Below are positions 57,730-64,000 of a stretch of DNA of 64,000 nt, one piece after another. The notes beneath the pieces are model-generated. The model saw nothing but the letters and a program-made list of their open reading frames with translations. It was not told where the DNA came from and made no database searches. Every line of letters starts with the position of its first letter. Position 1 is the first letter of the stretch. Source of the stretch: the human T2T-CHM13v2.0 reference genome, Homo sapiens. The translations under genes and the position numbers were made by a program. Location: the NCBI RefSeq assembly GCF_009914755.1, contig NC_060929.1; one strand, 5' to 3'.

Positions 57730-58085
57730 TCAATGCACAGAAACACGGAGAAAACCACACAGGAACCACATATACAGGTATGTAGATGCCCACACAGAGC
57801 CCGCATCAAAAGTACACACACCACACACACACACAAAAATATACACAGGTGCATACTCATGGAAGTACATACTTGTATGCACACAGGTACCTGCAGAGAA
57901 GTGTGCACATACGGATATACACAGAACACACACAGACATACATAAAAGTATATACATACAGGTTCAGACAGAGAGGCATTTGAAATCAGGTCCATATAGA
58001 AAAGTTAATATATACACAGGTACATATAGAAGTCTGCACACCCAGAAATGCACATGGGTTGACATACAGAAGTGTATAGTCACAG
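57730..58085. repeat. Degenerate (CA/TA)-rich low-complexity tract
   Basis: Repeated cacaca/cataca/tataca words; gives spurious His/Thr and Val/Cys ORFs. Confidence 0.8.
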
Positions 58086-58601
58086 GCACCCACCCTCTCA
58101 TTTAGCTGTGGACTTCATTTCTCCTGTTAGCACAGATAATAGAGTCGGCTGTACCTGCTTCCCGCCATGTAACAGCAACCTCTTATATCCCATTATGGTT
58201 TTTTAAAGAGTTTTCATATACATTATTTCATCTGCAGTAGAGGAAACATCACTATCCTCACTTTGAGAATTTGGAAACCCAGAGAGTTAGGTAATTGGCT
58301 CTAGGTCACACAGCTAGAAACTGGCAGGACCTGGATTAGAACTCAGGTCCTGTGTTCTTCAGAGCTGTTTCATTACACTCCTGAAATGAGGACAAAAGGC
58401 AGAGAGCACAGTGACAAGATTTTGCATTAATTGCATTAATTTTTCTGCATTAACTTTAATGCAAAATATTGCAAATAATTTAACAGCAGCACATAACACA
58501 GCATTTTCATTTTTCATAATGGCATTGCAAGAAGACTGCATGGACTCTCCACCCTGTTGACAAACACCCCAGGCAATGAAAGAGAGCGTGATAGCCTCTT
58601 A

Positions 58602-58976
<375 letters not shown>

Positions 58977-59744
58977 TCAGTTCCTTTGCACACACCCCAG
59001 AGAAAAATTGTTCTCTTTCCACCCCATAGCCACCTAACAATATATCATCCATCTTATGTAACATAGATTGTATGTCCTATGGGAGAATCCTACGAGGGCT
59101 CTTGCTCTGGTCCATCAGCCAAAAATTGTCCAGGCTGAAAAGTCAGTACCCTCAGTACAATCTCAACATAACCATGCTGATTCCACCAAATTAGGGAGGC
59201 TTTGAAGGTTCAAGCTGAGAAGGTTCTGGAAGTCTTCTGGGTTATATGCATTACCGCAAAGCGAACCACACAATGCACTCTAGTGAACCTCCACGTGGTT
59301 TCTTTCTCCTGTTTGGAAAGCCCCATAAACAAAAGGTAATAAATTCTGGTAATAATTTAAATTCCTTGGGTTCAGAGTATTAAGTAAATTCTGAACCTGC
59401 AGGGGTTGGGAGTTTGGAATAATTTATTATTAATACTAATATTATTACCCTTGGAACAACGTTCAAAGCCTCTAAATGGCCTTGTAAGAAAAAAGGATTT
59501 TTAAAGACATTTGGAAAAAAAGGCTCATTAGTCTTGTTGGACTTCAAACAACTGAGAAAACAATAGATTTAATGAACTAAGTGTAAATTCTTAGAAATGC
59601 ACGGCCTAAATTTCTCTTTAAATTTTTATTGTTTCATTTTGTTGTTGTTGTTGTTGTTGTTTTAATCAAGGGAAGAACATTCAGGATCAAAGCTGCCGAT
59701 CTTGGGACATTTGAAACGTCTGAGTGTGTTTGATGAGCCCCTGA

Positions 59745-60143
<399 letters not shown>

Positions 60144-62753
60144 AAGTAGCTCTTTCATAATGAGGCTCCAGCTTCAGTAAAGGATCCCGGTCCAGTGGTG
60201 GATCCTGTGAGGTGACCCGTATTTTGTTCTTTTGGGGACCTTCTACCTGCTCCTACAAGATTCCTTCCAAGCAAATGCCCTCCCAGGGTGCACTTTCTAA
60301 ATCACCCACTGCATCTCACCCCTGAGGGTCATCTAATTAAAATCAAGTGGTTAAAGACTCCTACTGGGTTTAAAATAATGCCTAACACTTCTGGAGCATC
60401 TATTATGGGCAGGCACTGGGGAAAGTTAAGTACCTTAATCATGTAAATTTCATTTTGTCATCACAACAGCCCCGTGAGCAGCTACAGGTTTTAACAGATG
60501 AGCAAATGGAAGTACAGAGATTTAGTAGATTGTCAGTCAAATGCCCATGGGGGAAAGATACTTGGGAAACCTGAGAGCCACTGAGAGATCATCCTGACTT
60601 GTGGAAAGTCTGTGATGGGGGTGCAATTATTCCCCCTCTGTGGGAGAGACGGTGGAGACAACAGCCACTGACCCACAGTGAGCAACATCAAGCCTTGGGT
60701 GAGTGTGGCATTCTGAGTAGGGGCAGGAGAGCCAGAGCCGAGAGAGGCCTTCTCAGCTACTGCCCTACTTACGCCCAAGGACCTTAAATACTGTTGATCT
60801 CATGAATCCAGCCTCATTAGGTACATATAGCCCCAAATAGTTCTTTATCCTGCTGATCTGGTGATCTCAGCCTGGCTTAGAGATGAGAGTCTATCCACTG
60901 GCTGAAGACTTTCTATAATATCCCTTTATTGAGACTTCCTTTCTCTTTTGGGCGTTGCACTAACATGCTTAAGATCAACATGCTATAAATCAGACCTTCC
61001 TGGTGAGGTTGGGTGCTATCTAGAGAGCTTTGTCGAAGCAGGGCTCCATGCGTTTTGCAAAAGAAACTCTGGGATGGGAAGCAGAGTGGGTCAGGCAGCA
61101 GTAGATATTAGATATTGTCATCTGCTTACATGTTCTCATGTGCTAGTACAGGATCAAAGAAACTCTCCTAAATAAAGTTTTCCTATAATAATGTCTTCAG
61201 GAAGTATTCTATGAATGAAAAAAAGCTTCCCTTTGGGATTTCCTGAGACACATCCTGGAATCTAGTTACTATTATGCACTTTCTAATGCCTAAAACCCCC
61301 ATGCCAGGGAATTAGACATACTCACAGTGGTGTCACGGTTGTGTTTCAACAGTGATTTTCCAACTCATCCTGCATTTTCTTCCCAGGAAGGCAAACATAA
61401 TGGAGGTAATTTAACCTTTAGAGAAAGACAATCACAACTTCTCACCCCTAAAGGGGCTATGCTAAATGTTAATTAACTCTGAACACACAAGGAGATGCTT
61501 CTCAGCACTAGGCACATCTCTTGTTTATCCACCGACCTTTTTTTTTCTTTTTATGGCTGGCAGACACTAAGCTGGGGATAAATTAGGTTTTTGTCTCTCT
61601 GAGTCCACCCTGCATTGCACTCAAGATCTTGATCGAGGGCAGGCGTGGCCCTTCTTATTCTCTCCCAATTGGGACTGGAATATCCAATGAGGGGCCTCAT
61701 CTTTTTAAGATGTTATAGCAGCAAATGGCTCCAAATATTTGCAGTTCAGTTAGCAAAAAGTCAGCCCCACACATCCTGGGGACTATCATCTTAGGCATCA
61801 CTCCTCAGCAGCTCCTTGGTTTTGACTGAGGGTTAAAAATGCAAGTGGTGGATCTGAAGAGCAGGTTTATAGCAAGTTTGCAGCCCCCACACCTTGCCCG
61901 TGGCTAGCTGCCTTGGTTTCCTTGCTTCCCAATCTTCAAAGACTCTCTTACCCTTAAGCTCCTCCCCTTACCATATGCAAATATGCCTTCCCACCACGCT
62001 GTGGCCCACCGTGGTATGAACGCCAAGAAAAGTCCCTTCTCCCTTGTGTTGCTTGGCATCAATGCTGATCCTGTTTAGGCCCTCTCTTTCCAAAAGCCTC
62101 TCTTCATTCTCCCTTCCATTAAGCCAAGTCTCTTCCACGTAGGCCAACAGTTGAGAAAAAGGTCCAGCAGCTTGTGCTTTTGAGAAACTAGAGCCAGTCT
62201 CCCTACATGGAAAATCGGGGCCACACTCCCATGGCCTGGGCTGACCATACTATCCACATTAGGAAGGGAATAACATAGGAGAGGAGGCAGTGTGGCCTCA
62301 TGAGAGTTAAAAATAAACCAGATCTGAGCTCCCAACATACCACTCCCCACTGTCAACCCCTCATCCTCTGCAATACCCTCTCTTAGACTTCACCTTTATG
62401 TTCTGGCCTATGCAGTCCCCAAGCCAATCCTGCCTGCCAGCAATCTCAGCCCTACCATTCTGTGGAACTTGCTCCCAAGACTGGTATCTGGTGATCCCCC
62501 TGAGTACAGTCCCCAACCTGTCCTGCTGTATCTGTTGCTGCAACCTTCTACTCAGGTTTTTGACTCAGTTTTCCTAACTCCAGAAATGGACCTACCATTA
62601 GGGTCCAGAAATGGACCCTGCCATCCCTGTTAGGCAGGGATTCTGAGGTTCTTTTTAGCTCTTGCAAACTCAGTTCCTGGATAATCAAGCAAGGCCCAAT
62701 CCAACATTTGAACTTTAGACTATCATACATATGACATGCACAAATTGTAAGTA

Positions 62754-63099
62754 CAGTCATGTGCCACATAATGACATTTCAGTTAATGATGGACCATATA
62801 TATGATGGTGGTCCCATAAGATTATAATGCTGTATGTTTACTGTTCTTTTTCTATGTTTAGATATATTTAGATACACAAACACTTACCATTCTGTAACAA
62901 TTGCCTACAGTATTCAGTTCTGTGACAGCTGTATAGGTTTGTAGCCTGGGAGCAATAGGCTATGTCATCTAGCCTAGGTGTGTAGTAGGCTATACAATCT
63001 AGGTTTGTATAAGTATACTCTATGATGTTGGTACAACAATGAAATCTCTTGACACATTTCTCAGAACTTAGCCCTATCATGAAGCGACACTTATGACTG
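62754..63099. mobile_element. Tigger3-type (MER7) DNA transposon inside an old L1M fragment
   Basis: TA-cagtcatg...atgactg-TA termini; gatggtggtcccataagattataat. Confidence 0.85.
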
Positions 63100-63683
63100 T
63101 ATTCTGCTCAATGAAGTATCACAAAAAGAATATATCTATGTTACCACTCAGGTCAAGAGATTAACCACCAGTAGCACCCCAGAAATCCAACTTGCAACTC
63201 CTCCCAATCTCTACCTACTCCTTCCTGATAGAAACCATTCTTCCCACTTCTAACAGTACAGATTAATTTTACCTACCTTTGAACTTTATATAAATAGGAT
63301 CATACAACATGCATTTCTTGAGTGTGTGTGTGTGTGGCTTCTTTCATTTCACATGGGTGTAGGATTCATCCTTGTTGTTACATGTAGTTTTACATAATTC
63401 ATTTTCATTTCATCTCATTCATTTTCATTCATGTTATATTGAATGAAATACCATAACTCATTTATTCATTCTACTGTGTTGATGGACATTTGAGTTGTTT
63501 CCAGGTTTTGGCAAACTTTGGGTTTTGCTGAGATTGATCAAAACTCGAATGGCAGGGAAGCCCTGTGCATTTCATAATCACTCTGTGCTACCCGCCATAT
63601 CTCCTGTTAACCTAAATTAAATTTCAAGTGCTTTTTTTGTCCTAAAAAGGCAAAAAGTCTCATTTCTTGCAAACAAATTTTGA

Positions 63684-64000
<317 letters not shown>

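Noticed and set aside
57680-58105. Overlapping His/Thr-rich and Cys/Val-rich ORFs
   Set aside because: Produced by a degenerate CA/TA tract
60182-60205. Two BamHI sites around ccagtggtgg resembling a cloning polylinker
   Set aside because: Too short, with no adjacent vector sequence; chance match

Overview
Human (or very close hominoid) genomic DNA from the PRLR-AGXT2 locus (5p13). Both genes are on the minus strand, head to tail. The window holds AGXT2 coding exons 1-7 (16941 down to 1766; the gene continues beyond the left edge) and the complete coding region of the prolactin receptor PRLR (exons 3-10, 622 aa). It also holds the ~9.4 kb PRLR 3' UTR and alternative exon 11, which lies only ~1.4 kb from the AGXT2 start codon. 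All exon boundaries were read by hand and give GT-AG introns with consistent phases. Introns contain many Alus, MIR/L2/L1M relics, MADE1, MER20, Tigger3, a solo LTR and a full-length L1PA. There is no prokaryote-type system or CRISPR array. The most unusual stretch is 44-57 kb (PRLR introns 3-5). (i) A GAPDH retrocopy and an L1 share one target site, present in three copies. (ii) The retrocopy and a neighbouring unique segment have been copied next to each other reciprocally, with an internal inversion. (iii) The dead L1 keeps an open antisense ORF0 whose splice donors match the phase of downstream PRLR exons. (iv) Three more short local duplications lie around exons 4-5, one of which may create a poison exon. 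Repeat subfamily names and comparisons with reference sequences are from memory and were not computed.
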